NCBI GenBank assembly: GCA_963662275.1 | Contig: OY759316.1 | Span: 1,728,001 to 1,792,000 of the forward strand | Length of the DNA: 64,000 nucleotides | Reading direction: 5' to 3' | Origin: Candidatus Cloacimonadales bacterium | GTDB lineage: Bacteria > Cloacimonadota > Cloacimonadia > Cloacimonadales > DAONDQ01 | In this document: in pieces, positions 52,978 to 62,730 of the stretch | Numbering within the stretch: the stretch's first letter is position 1 | Layout of the letters: the number at the start of each line of letters is the position of its first letter | Made by a program: the position numbers and the translations under genes | The notes under the pieces: generated by a model | What the model was told of the DNA's origin: nothing | Databases searched by the model: none | Seen by the model: only the letters and a program-made list of their open reading frames with translations

Positions 52978-54309
52978 ATGGAAAAAGGTATTCTCATAAA
53001 GAATGGGACGCTGATTACTTTAGGTATCCATAACAAGGTACTGCATGGTTATGCATTGCTCATAGTTGATGATAAGATAAAAAAGATTGCTCCTCAGGCT
53101 GAATTTCCTGATAAATACGAAAAAGAAATCGATGCTTGCGGTATGGTCGTTATGCCAGGCTTTATTAATGCCCATATGCATTTCTACAGCACTTTGGTAA
53201 GAGGACTAGGCAAAGCTCATCCTTCCCGTGATTTCGTAGAAGTTCTGGAAAATCTCTGGTGGAGGCTTGATCGGAAACTGGAACTGGAAGATACATATTA
53301 CAGTGCCTTGATCATGGCAATCCAGGCAATCAAGAATGGAACGACTACTCTGATTGATCATCATGCCAGTCCAGGTCACATTCCCTGTTCTTTAAATGAA
53401 ATTGAACGTGCTGTTAAACTGACGGGTTTAAGGGCTTCCTTATGCTATGAATTATCTGACCGTGATGGTGAAGATATTACAAAGCAGGGATTATCTGAAA
53501 ATGTCAGATTCATACAAAAGTGCCAGCATGAACCAAATGATCAATTCAAAGCTTTGTTTGGTTTGCATGCTTCTTTCACAATCAGTGATGAAACATTGGA
53601 TAGAGCGGTTGCCCTGGCAAAACATTATGACACTGGATTCCATGTTCATACTGCAGAAGCTGAATCAGATCAAATACATACAATGACTCACCATGGCAAA
53701 CGTGTGGTGGAAAGATTTTATGATCATGGCGTTCTTGGACCACAAACCATTGCAGCCCATTGTGTTCATGTGAACGAACATGAAATGGACTTACTGCATG
53801 AAACCAGCACAATAGTGGTACATAATCCACAATCCAATATGAATAATGCTGTCGGTATTGCGGATATCATTACCTTACAGGAAAAAGGTATTCTTGTGGG
53901 ATTGGGTACAGATGCTATGACTGTCAATATGCTGGAAGAAGTGAGAGTTGCCATGTGGGCTCAGCACCTGAAGCATAACAATCCGACATGCGGTTTCATG
54001 GAAGTAGTGAATACTCTCTTTACAAATAACTCGCTGATCGCAGAAAGATACTGGCAAAAACCAATCGGTGTGCTGAACGAAGGTGCATTGGCTGATATCG
54101 TATGTATTCCTTATTGTGCTCCTACACCATTGGATGACTCAACTGCTTATGGGCACCTGGTATTTGGTATTTCACAGAGTCCTGTTGATACAACCATCGC
54201 CGGTGGTAAAGTACTTATGCAGAATCGCAAGTTGAAAATAAATATTGATGAAACAGAAGTAAATGGTCGTTCTCGGGAAGTTGCTCAAAGACTTTGGAAT
54301 AGGTTCTAG
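52978..54309 (+). CDS. ssnA: Amidohydrolase SsnA
   Basis: NAHMHFYS, LENLWWRLD, IDHHASP, GLHASFT, HNPQSNMNNAVG, LGTD. Confidence 0.9.
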   Translation: MEKGILIKNGTLITLGIHNKVLHGYALLIVDDKIKKIAPQAEFPDKYEKEIDACGMVVMPGFINAHMHFYSTLVRGLGKAHPSRDFVEVLENLWWRLDRKLELEDTYYSALIMAIQAIKNGTTTLIDHHASPGHIPCSLNEIERAVKLTGLRASLCYELSDRDGEDITKQGLSENVRFIQKCQHEPNDQFKALFGLHASFTISDETLDRAVALAKHYDTGFHVHTAEAESDQIHTMTHHGKRVVERFYDHGVLGPQTIAAHCVHVNEHEMDLLHETSTIVVHNPQSNMNNAVGIADIITLQEKGILVGLGTDAMTVNMLEEVRVAMWAQHLKHNNPTCGFMEVVNTLFTNNSLIAERYWQKPIGVLNEGALADIVCIPYCAPTPLDDSTAYGHLVFGISQSPVDTTIAGGKVLMQNRKLKINIDETEVNGRSREVAQRLWNRF

Positions 54310-54456
54310 TATTTAAAGTAATACATTATATAGTAATAGTAAATTTATTCCATAATTAGCATTCTCTTGTTTCCGAGTTTACAGAATACTCACATAAGTG
54401 ACTTTAAATATCAGGTAAAAAACAAGAATGTATGAAAAGAAAATGAACAAGCCTTG

Positions 54457-54526
54457 AAGTAAAAAAGTCTAGATGATCCCTAGATGATCCCTAGATGATT
54501 CCTAGATGATGCTTAGGTTATTTTAT
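54457..54526 (-). repeat. Second, inverted copy of the ~70-bp 11-mer tandem element
   Basis: CTAGATGAT(C/T/G)C x4; reverse complement aligns without gaps to 15171-15240. Confidence 0.8.
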
Positions 54527-54632
54527 TGGTGGGTTTATTGTTGATTTAAATTCGCTGACTAGATCTTTATAGGTTAAATAACAAAATAATTCAGGAATGG
54601 CTATCAAAGCCTTTCCGTATGAAGAGGTGACA

Positions 54633-55841
54633 ATGAATACGTTATATGATGAAATTGCAAAGCGTTCACACGAATTGGAAGCTGATACAGCACAGTTCTT
54701 ATGTGATCTTGTGGCAACCCCATCCTTCTCTGGAACTGAGAAAGATGTGATTTTAGTGATCAAGAAGGAAATGGAGAAAGTGGGATTCGATGAAGTCCGT
54801 ATCGACGGACTTGGAAACGTGATCGGACGCATCGGTAAAGGACCCAAGGTCATTGCTTTTGATGCTCACATCGATACCGTTTATCCCGGTGATCTTTCCC
54901 AGTGGAAGTTTGACCCCTTCACACCGAAAATTGAAGATGGAAAGGTATGGGGAAGAGGTACCGTCGATCAGAAAGGCGGAATGGCTTCCATGGTCTATGC
55001 TGGCAAGATGATCAAAGAAATGAATTTGAATAATGAATATACCATCCTTTTCACAGGCACTGTGATGGAAGAAGATTGTGATGGTCTCTGTTGGCAGTAC
55101 CTGATCAATGAAGAACACATTCGCCCGGAACTGGTCGTAATCACAGAACCAACCAACATGAACATCTATCGCGGTCATCGTGGCCGTATGGAAATTCTTG
55201 TGGATATCCGTGGCGTATCATGTCATGGTTCTGCTCCTGAACGTGGAGACAATGCCATTTATAAGATTTCACGCATCGCCCTTGAAATCGAGAAGCTTCA
55301 TGAAAGACTGCATACCGATCCCTTCCTTGGAAAAGGCAGTGTAACAGTATCCCAGGTCTTCTTCACTTCTCCCTCCCAATGTGCTGTTCCTGACCAGGCA
55401 AGCATCCAGTTAGACAGACGTCTCACCTGGGGTGAAACCCGTGAATCTGCTGTGGCGGAAGTGCAGGATGCTGCTCTCCGCGCAGGTTATCCGGATGCAA
55501 AAGTCATTGTTCTTCGTTATGAGGAAAAAGCATATACCGGACTTGTCTATCCTACAGATAAATACTACCCCACCTGGGTATTGGACGAAAAGTCTCCATT
55601 CCTGGCAAATGCAGTCGATGCTTTTGAAGGTGTGTTGAGCAGGAAGCCTCTCGTTGATAAATGGCATTTCAGCACTAATGGTGTGGCAATTGCAGGTATG
55701 AACGGGATTCCATGTATCGGTCTTGGACCCGGTAATGAAGTGTATGCCCACGCTGTGGATGAAGCGACTCCTGTGGCTCATCTTCGTGAAGCTGCTGCGT
55801 TCTATGCTGCTTTCATTGCTCATCTGAATGGGAAGTGTTAA
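54633..55841 (+). CDS. ygeY: YgeY family M20 hydrolase
   Basis: FDAHIDTV, GRGTVDQKGG, EEDCDGLCWQY, GHRGRMEI, WHFSTNGV; start re-called after GAGGTG. Confidence 0.9.
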   Translation: MNTLYDEIAKRSHELEADTAQFLCDLVATPSFSGTEKDVILVIKKEMEKVGFDEVRIDGLGNVIGRIGKGPKVIAFDAHIDTVYPGDLSQWKFDPFTPKIEDGKVWGRGTVDQKGGMASMVYAGKMIKEMNLNNEYTILFTGTVMEEDCDGLCWQYLINEEHIRPELVVITEPTNMNIYRGHRGRMEILVDIRGVSCHGSAPERGDNAIYKISRIALEIEKLHERLHTDPFLGKGSVTVSQVFFTSPSQCAVPDQASIQLDRRLTWGETRESAVAEVQDAALRAGYPDAKVIVLRYEEKAYTGLVYPTDKYYPTWVLDEKSPFLANAVDAFEGVLSRKPLVDKWHFSTNGVAIAGMNGIPCIGLGPGNEVYAHAVDEATPVAHLREAAAFYAAFIAHLNGKC

Positions 55842-55846
55842 GTTCC

Positions 55847-57055
55847 ATGTACGATTTTATATATAAATGCACAACATGCGGTAAAGAATATAAACGGGAC
55901 GAAGAACGTTATCTCTGTCCAGTTTGCAGCGCTGATTACGCTCCCGGTATGCCTCTCAAAGGCGTACTGGAAGTTGTACTGGATTATGAAAGGATCAAGA
56001 GCAGTTTCACTCTAGTCAGACCCGACTGGGAGATGTTCTCAGCCATCGAATCCCGGTATTATCCGAAGTATGCCGTTGGGGGAACTCCATTCTTCCAGAC
56101 AAAGCGCATTGGTGAAGAGTATGGCTTTTCCAATATTTGGCTTAAGAATGATGGCTTGAATCCAAGCGGTTCACTGAAAGACAGGGCTTCCTTCTTTTTA
56201 GTTGCAGAAGCCAATCGTTTGAATGAGAACCGAATTGTTACAGCCTCCACAGGGAATGCTGCAAGTGCTTTAGCTGCCGTTTGTGCTGCAGCCGGCAAGG
56301 AAGCTCTTATTTTCTGTCCGGCAAAAGCACCCAAAGCAAAGCTAGTTCAGATGATTCTCTACGGTGCGCGAGTGATTCCTGTCGATGGCACGTATGATGA
56401 TGCCATTGCTCTTTCCCTGGAATATACGAAGACAAAGCCTGGCTTAAACAGAAACACTGGCTATCATCCTCTCACGATAGAAGGGAAGAAGACTGTCGGT
56501 TTGGAAATATTCGTTCAGAATGGCATGAAAGTACCGGATGCGATCCTCGTTGCTACAGGTGACGGTGTAATCCTGAGTGGAATGTACAAAGCATTCTACG
56601 ATTTGAAGGAAGCGGGTATTATCGATCGTCTGCCTCGTTTGATCGCTGTGCAGGCAAGTACTTCTAATTCCATATCAAAGTATTGGGAGACAGGCGTTTA
56701 TGCGGATGCTTCCAGTCCTGCAACGATTGCAGATTCCATATCTGTCAGGACACCCAGTTGTGCTCATCTTGCAAAGAGAGCATTGGATATGAGTGAGGGT
56801 TTTGCTGTTGAAGTGACCGATGAAGAGATTATGGAAGCACAGGCTTTGTTGGCTTCCCGTACAGGTATCTTTGCTGAACCGGCTGCTGCAGCAACTATGG
56901 CTGGATTAACCAGAATCATGAAAGAGAATCTTGCCGACCCGAATGCCCAGATCGTACTGCTTGTTTCGGGTAATGGCTTGAAAGATATTGAAGCTCCACT
57001 GAAATCCATTGAAATTCCTAAACCATATCCCCTGGATATCAGTTTAATAGATTGA
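55847..57055 (+). CDS. Threonine synthase-like PLP enzyme (fold type II) with an N-terminal zinc ribbon
   Basis: CTTC..CPVC, NPSGSLKDR, ASTGNA, EGKKT, AEPAAA, SGNGLKD. Confidence 0.85.
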   Translation: MYDFIYKCTTCGKEYKRDEERYLCPVCSADYAPGMPLKGVLEVVLDYERIKSSFTLVRPDWEMFSAIESRYYPKYAVGGTPFFQTKRIGEEYGFSNIWLKNDGLNPSGSLKDRASFFLVAEANRLNENRIVTASTGNAASALAAVCAAAGKEALIFCPAKAPKAKLVQMILYGARVIPVDGTYDDAIALSLEYTKTKPGLNRNTGYHPLTIEGKKTVGLEIFVQNGMKVPDAILVATGDGVILSGMYKAFYDLKEAGIIDRLPRLIAVQASTSNSISKYWETGVYADASSPATIADSISVRTPSCAHLAKRALDMSEGFAVEVTDEEIMEAQALLASRTGIFAEPAAAATMAGLTRIMKENLADPNAQIVLLVSGNGLKDIEAPLKSIEIPKPYPLDISLID

Positions 57056-57065
57056 GGGAAGGCAG

Positions 57066-58427
57066 ATGTTATTAATTCGGAATGGTGTCGTAAATCTCAA
57101 CCAGGAGTGGCATAAAGTAGATTTATTGATTGCTGAAGGTAAGATTGTCAGAATCGGTCATACACTTCAAAGAGCTCATCATATGGATGAAATAGATGCG
57201 CAAAACAAATTTATTATTCCCGGCTTGATCGATATGCATGTACACGTGGATGATCAAATAGGAAATTACTATTTAGCAGATACTTATAGGTCAGGAACGG
57301 AAGTTGCCATCCAGAACGGTATCACATCCTTCTTCACTTTCATTACGCAAAAGGAAGATGAATCAAACTCTGATGCGATTAATAGAGCTATGAGAAAGAC
57401 AGACGGTAATCTCTTTTGTAACGTGGGTTTTCATTTCACAATGAAATCCTTAGCATCGATGGTCGAGTTTCATAAAAATCCCAAAGACGGTTATGCCTGT
57501 CGTTCCATCAAACTCTATACAACCTACAAAAAAGCAGGTATTTATACTTCTTATAAGCAGATGGAAGAATACTTCCGCTATTTTTCAGGCAGGCAGGTTA
57601 TTTTTCTTATCCATTGTGAAGATGAAGCTGTGCTAGAAGCCATTTCCTCTGATTTCGCACTTCGCACTTCGCACTTCGAACTTCTTGATAATGCCTTCAG
57701 CCACACTCTTCTTCGTCCACCAGCAGCAGAAGTGGAAGCGATTAAAAAAGTAATCGATTTAGCAAGAAAATATGATGTACGAATTCATATTGTGCATGTT
57801 TCCACAGCAGAAGGTATTGCCCTGATCGAAAAAGCTCGCAGTAGCATCAAACTCACTTGTGAAACTGCTCCACATTATCTGTGTCTAAATGATGAGTTAC
57901 TTTCTGAACCAGAGGGTAATCGATGGTTGTGTTCACCTCCATTACGTAGTGAACAAACTCGCAAAGACATGCGTCATTTGGCTGAAAAAGGCAAGATAGA
58001 TGCTTTTGCAACGGATCATTGTGCTTTTTCCACACATGACAAGGATGAGAACAAAGATGACATCCGGAATGTACCCAATGGTATTGCCGGTCTTGGCTCT
58101 CTTCCACATCACATCTACCAGATGAATGAAAAAGATCCTAAGGAATCCTTACTGTTCATGAGTCGCCATCTATCCAAGAACCCAGCCAAAATACTGGGTA
58201 TCTTCCCGCATAAAGGCATTATCACTCAAAATGCGGATGCTGACATTTGCATTGTTGATGTACATGGGAAATCAAGGAATGTACAGTCAAGTTTATCAGA
58301 TACTTATGAACCATATCCTAAAGTAAAGTCTCAATTACATTTTAGCCACGTTATCCTGAAAGGACACCCGGTAGTGAAAGATGGTAAAGTAATAGATATG
58401 AACAACCCGAAAGGGGAATTATTATGA
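57066..58427 (+). CDS. Cyclic amidohydrolase (dihydropyrimidinase/HyuA-like)
   Basis: DMHVH, SIKLY, IHCED, IVHVS, CETAPHY, CSPPLR, ATDHC. Confidence 0.85.
   Translation: MLLIRNGVVNLNQEWHKVDLLIAEGKIVRIGHTLQRAHHMDEIDAQNKFIIPGLIDMHVHVDDQIGNYYLADTYRSGTEVAIQNGITSFFTFITQKEDESNSDAINRAMRKTDGNLFCNVGFHFTMKSLASMVEFHKNPKDGYACRSIKLYTTYKKAGIYTSYKQMEEYFRYFSGRQVIFLIHCEDEAVLEAISSDFALRTSHFELLDNAFSHTLLRPPAAEVEAIKKVIDLARKYDVRIHIVHVSTAEGIALIEKARSSIKLTCETAPHYLCLNDELLSEPEGNRWLCSPPLRSEQTRKDMRHLAEKGKIDAFATDHCAFSTHDKDENKDDIRNVPNGIAGLGSLPHHIYQMNEKDPKESLLFMSRHLSKNPAKILGIFPHKGIITQNADADICIVDVHGKSRNVQSSLSDTYEPYPKVKSQLHFSHVILKGHPVVKDGKVIDMNNPKGELL
57654..57681 (+). repeat. Intragenic heptamer tandem repeat (TTCGCAC)x3 + TTCGAAC
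   Basis: Read directly from the sequence. Confidence 0.85.
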
Positions 58428-60670
58428 CAATCTCCAAAGAAAAAGCCTGGCGTAATGACGCTTTTGCTAAAGTCACCGGTGCTGCCAAATACGCAGATGA
58501 CATCAAAGTGCCGAATCTGCTTCATGCTGTGCCTGTGTACTCCGATTACGTACATGCCAATATTACTAAAATACATACGGATGAAGCCAAAGCAATGCCC
58601 GGTGTGGTATGTGTTATCACATTTGAAGATGTCCCTGGAAAGATCTGCTTCGGTCAGATCGAAAAAGACTACCACATGCTTGCTGATGACAAGATTCGCT
58701 ATAACGGTGATGTCATTGCAATTATAGTGGCAGAGACACGTACCCAGGCGATTGAAGCTTCTAAGCTGGTTACGCTGGATGCAGAACCGCTTCCACTCAT
58801 TCTCGATCCCGAGGAAGCACTCAAGCCGGGTTCACCTCTAGTTCATGAAGAAAGGGGAAACAACCTGATCAATGAACATAGGGTTAGAACAGGAAATGTA
58901 GAGAAAGGTTTTGAGGAATCAGACTATATCCTTGAATATGATTTTAAGACCCCCTATATAGAACATGCCTATCTTGAACCGGAATCAGCAGTCTGTATAC
59001 CAAGAGCAGATGGTGTGATCGAGGTTTACGGAAGTATGCAGCATCCCTTTAGTACGAGACGCTTTACAGCAACCATCCTTGGTGAACCGCTTACCAATGT
59101 GGAAGTGATTACTATCCCCATGGGCGGAGGTTTCGGAGGAAAGGATGACACAGCAGCCCTCGTTTGCGCAAGAGCTGCCCTGGCTGCAAGACTGACTGGC
59201 AGACCAGTCAAGATGACCTATGACCGTGAATGGTCAGTCCGTGAAAGCTACAAACGCCATCCTTACAAAGTACATTATAAGATGGGAATCACAAAAGATG
59301 GATACATCCATGCAGTCAAATGCCGCATCGTAGCTGATGGCGGACCTTACTGCTCAGTGACTCCCTGGGTGACCTGGCGTTCCACTGTGCAATGCTGTGG
59401 ACCGTATATGGTTCCAAATGTTCATTGTGATACTTACGGTGTTTACACGAATAACGTCTTTACCGGTGCTATGCGTGGCTTTGGCTCGCCGCAGATGAAC
59501 TTCATTATTGAACAATTGGTGGAAATGGCTGCTGAGAAGCTGGGCATGAATGCTATTGATTTCCGTAGAAAGAATATGATCAAACAGGATAGTGTGACCA
59601 TAACAGGGCAGTGCCTGGATACGCATAAGGTTAGCTTGGACGAAGCTTTACAATCCGTACTTAAAGAAATAGATTATAATGAAAAATATAAACTTTGCAG
59701 TCATGGCAAGGATACAGAAGAACAATACGGCATCGGACTGGCAATTAGCTATCGTGGTATGAGTCTCGGTGCAGAAGGAAAAGATTTCTGTGCAGCCATT
59801 ATCAATATGCAATTCGATGGAAGTATCCTGCTGGAAGTGGGAGTGCATGAGAATGGACAGGGTTCTGAATCTGCCATGATTATGATCCTTGCCGAGGAAC
59901 TGGGTGTACCTATCGACCGTATCCGTTACCGTCGTAATTCCACACATAATATTCCTGACAGCGGTACGACCGTTGCTTCCCGTGGTACGATCATGGGTGG
60001 CGGGGCAGTTGTAAAAGCTGCCAATATCCTAAAGGAAAAGATAGCGGAAGTGATTGTCGAAGATAAGGATGCAGAAATAGAATATAAAAATGATAGAGTT
60101 TATGCAGGTTCAAAAGAATATACCTGGCTGGAAGTGATGCAGAAGATGTATTTAAAACAGCAGTTTCCATACGCTTTTGGAGTGTTTCAGGCACCGAAGG
60201 TTTCCTGGGATGAAGAGACGGGGCAAGGTAATGCCTACTTCACGTGGGTCTATGCCTGCCAGGCTGTGGAGTTGAAAGTTAACAAGAAAACAGGCAAAGT
60301 AACCATATTAAATGCTGTAGCTGCTCATGAAGTGGGCAAAGCCGTCAACAGGGCTATGGTGGAAGGTCAGTTCTATGGCGGTATGGTCATGGGTATGGGC
60401 TATGGCTTGTTTGAGAATTTCGTACAGGAAGATGGAAAGATTAAAACTTTGAACTTCCATCAATATAGAATAGCAAGAAGCATGGATGTCCCGGAAATGA
60501 CTGCTATAATCATTGAAAACCGCGATCCTTTATCACCTTCGGGTGCAAAAGGTATCGGAGAGCCTGTGAATGAAATAATGGCTCCAGCCATAGCAAATGC
60601 GATTTATAACGCAACCGGTAAGAGGTTCCTACAGAATCCGATTGTCCTGCAAGGGGAGGTGGTTTCATGA
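58424..60670 (+). CDS. Second xanthine-dehydrogenase-family molybdopterin subunit
   Basis: KVTGAAKYADD, EHAYLEPE, GGGFGGKDD, AMRGFGSPQ, ENGQG, ASRGT, GAKGIGEP. Confidence 0.9.
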   Translation: MTISKEKAWRNDAFAKVTGAAKYADDIKVPNLLHAVPVYSDYVHANITKIHTDEAKAMPGVVCVITFEDVPGKICFGQIEKDYHMLADDKIRYNGDVIAIIVAETRTQAIEASKLVTLDAEPLPLILDPEEALKPGSPLVHEERGNNLINEHRVRTGNVEKGFEESDYILEYDFKTPYIEHAYLEPESAVCIPRADGVIEVYGSMQHPFSTRRFTATILGEPLTNVEVITIPMGGGFGGKDDTAALVCARAALAARLTGRPVKMTYDREWSVRESYKRHPYKVHYKMGITKDGYIHAVKCRIVADGGPYCSVTPWVTWRSTVQCCGPYMVPNVHCDTYGVYTNNVFTGAMRGFGSPQMNFIIEQLVEMAAEKLGMNAIDFRRKNMIKQDSVTITGQCLDTHKVSLDEALQSVLKEIDYNEKYKLCSHGKDTEEQYGIGLAISYRGMSLGAEGKDFCAAIINMQFDGSILLEVGVHENGQGSESAMIMILAEELGVPIDRIRYRRNSTHNIPDSGTTVASRGTIMGGGAVVKAANILKEKIAEVIVEDKDAEIEYKNDRVYAGSKEYTWLEVMQKMYLKQQFPYAFGVFQAPKVSWDEETGQGNAYFTWVYACQAVELKVNKKTGKVTILNAVAAHEVGKAVNRAMVEGQFYGGMVMGMGYGLFENFVQEDGKIKTLNFHQYRIARSMDVPEMTAIIIENRDPLSPSGAKGIGEPVNEIMAPAIANAIYNATGKRFLQNPIVLQGEVVS

Positions 60671-61140
60671 AGATCACAGTGAATGGAATCACACACGAGC
60701 TTTTGAATGAGCATCTGGCTTTAACTTTGATAGATTATCTTCGTGAAGTGCTTGATCTTACAGGTACAAAGAACGGCTGTAGCATCGGTGTCTGTGGAGC
60801 ATGTACCGTCCTATCCGATATGAAAGTGATCAAATCCTGCAAAAAGACCGTCCTGGAATGCGTTGACGCCAATATCTTGACAATAGAAGGCATGCAAAGT
60901 TCTGATGGTCAGTTGCATCCTCTGCAGCAGTCTTTCATGGATGCAGGGGCGATTCAATGCGGATTCTGCACACCGGGCATGGTACTTACAGCCCATGCAT
61001 TCCTGTCTGTCAATCCGAATCCCACACGAGTGCAGATCAGGAAGGCGATCAATGCCAACCTTTGTCGCTGCACAGGGTATCAGCAGATTATAGATGCGAT
61101 TTATAATGCCCAGGAGCATTATAAATCAATTAAAAAGTAA
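60667..61140 (+). CDS. 2Fe-2S subunit of a Mo-hydroxylase (CoxS/XdhC-like)
   Basis: GTKNGCSIGVCGAC, QCGFCTPG, ANLCRCTGY. Confidence 0.92.
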   Translation: MKITVNGITHELLNEHLALTLIDYLREVLDLTGTKNGCSIGVCGACTVLSDMKVIKSCKKTVLECVDANILTIEGMQSSDGQLHPLQQSFMDAGAIQCGFCTPGMVLTAHAFLSVNPNPTRVQIRKAINANLCRCTGYQQIIDAIYNAQEHYKSIKK

Positions 61141-61167
61141 AAGTTAAAAATTAAAAATTGCAGAGAA

Positions 61168-61427
61168 GACCGGTAGTGGTATCCTTCAGGTTACCGATAA
61201 ACAAGCGCAAGCTAAAGACAGCGCCTACCGACCGGTAGTGGTATCCTTCAGGTTATCGTATACGCGCAAGCTAAAGACAGCGCCTACCGACCGGTAGTGG
61301 TATCCTTCAGGTTACCGATAAACAAGCGCAAGCTGAAGACAGCGCCTACCGACCGGTAGTGGTATCCTTCAGGTTACCGATAAACAAGCGCAAGCTAAAG
61401 ACAGCGCCTACCGACCGGTAATGGTAT
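61168..61427. repeat. Tandem array of about 4.2 units of 59-62 bp, each a convergent pair of GTAG REPs (BIME-like)
   Basis: Units start at 61168, 61230, 61289, 61351 and 61413 (partial); GTAGTGGTATCCTTCAGGTTACCG ... GCGCAAGCTAAAGACAGCGCCTAC. Confidence 0.85.
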
Positions 61428-61428
61428 T

Positions 61429-61500
61429 GTAGGGATAGACCCATGTGTCTATCCAAAAAAAAAAAGTTCACAGAGGATAAACACGCGGGTTTATTCCTAC
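61429..61500. repeat. GTAG REP doublet, same family as 45195-45355
   Basis: GTAGGGATAGACCCATGTGTCTATCC identical to 45195; reverse copy GGATAAACACGCGGGTTTATTCCTAC. Confidence 0.8.
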
Positions 61501-61519
61501 TTTAATACGAGGAGATACT

Positions 61520-62716
61520 ATGAATCCATTATTAGAAAAGAACTGGGAAGAGCTGCAACGCCTTATGCCGCAACTCTATAACAAAGACTTCTTACTTACC
61601 TGGGAAAACAATGATGACAATATCAAATCAGTTCTATTAATTGCTGAAATGATGAAAGAATTACATAGAACCGGTAAATCACTCAAATCGTTCAAGTCCG
61701 GCTTGGGCATTGCGATCTTCAGGGACAATTCAACCCGTACCCGCTTCAGCTTCGCTTCCGCTGTGAATGCACTCGGTCTTGGCTTATCCGAATTGGATGA
61801 AGTCAAATCCCAGGTGGCTCATGGTGAAACGGTTCGTGAGACTGCCAACATGATCTCTTTCCTCACAGAAACCATCGGTATCCGTGATGATATGTACATC
61901 GGGGAAGGTCATCGCTATATGAAAGAAGTCAGTGATGCCATTGAAGACGGTTACAAGGAAGGAACACTTCCCCAGCGCACCAGCATCATCAACCTGCAAT
62001 GCGACATCGACCATCCCACGCAGACGATGGCTGATTTATTGAAACTCAAGCATTACTTCGGTTCCCTTGAAAACCTGAAAGGCAAGAAGATAGCCATGTC
62101 ATGGGCATATTCACCCAGCTACGGCAAACCTCTTTCCGTACCGCAGGGAATCATTGGTCTTATGACCCGTATGGGCATGGACGTTTCCCTCGCTTATCCT
62201 GAAGGCTATGGTTTATTACCGGAAGTCATTGATATAGCGAAGAAACAATCAGCAGCGATGGGTGGAAAATTCGAGATTACAAACTCCATGGAAGAAGCAT
62301 TCGATGGGGCAGATGTGGTCTATCCAAAATCCTGGGCTCCTTTCCATGTGATGGTCAACCGTACTGAACTCCTCCAGAAAGGCGATAAGGAAGGTTTGAA
62401 AGGACTGGAACAGGATTGTTTGAAGAACAATGCAAAGTTCACGAATTGGGAATGCGATGCCGAGAAGATGAAGAGAACCAAGGACGGAAAGGCTCTCTAT
62501 ATGCACTGTCTGCCGGCTGATATAACGGATGTGAGCTGCAAGCAGGGTGAAGTTTCCAAGGAAGTCTTTGAGAAATATCGCCTGGAAACCTATCATGAAG
62601 CAAGCTTCAAACCGTTTGTCATTGCTTCCATGATTTTCCTCACCCGTATGCCCGACCCGATGAAGGCAATGCAAAAGCTTCTGACAGATTCAAAAAACAG
62701 AAATATGAATATTTAA
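61520..62716 (+). CDS. ygeW: Knotted carbamoyltransferase YgeW
   Basis: DFLLTW, FRDNSTRTRFSF, HGETVRETANMISF, WAYSPSYGKPLSVPQG, YMHCLPADI. Confidence 0.93.
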   Translation: MNPLLEKNWEELQRLMPQLYNKDFLLTWENNDDNIKSVLLIAEMMKELHRTGKSLKSFKSGLGIAIFRDNSTRTRFSFASAVNALGLGLSELDEVKSQVAHGETVRETANMISFLTETIGIRDDMYIGEGHRYMKEVSDAIEDGYKEGTLPQRTSIINLQCDIDHPTQTMADLLKLKHYFGSLENLKGKKIAMSWAYSPSYGKPLSVPQGIIGLMTRMGMDVSLAYPEGYGLLPEVIDIAKKQSAAMGGKFEITNSMEEAFDGADVVYPKSWAPFHVMVNRTELLQKGDKEGLKGLEQDCLKNNAKFTNWECDAEKMKRTKDGKALYMHCLPADITDVSCKQGEVSKEVFEKYRLETYHEASFKPFVIASMIFLTRMPDPMKAMQKLLTDSKNRNMNI

Positions 62717-62730
62717 TCATTGGAGAATAC

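Noticed and set aside
61168..61427. CRISPR array
   Set aside because: Units are nearly identical end to end, with no unique spacers (three share the same linker) and no cas genes; it fits a REP tandem array
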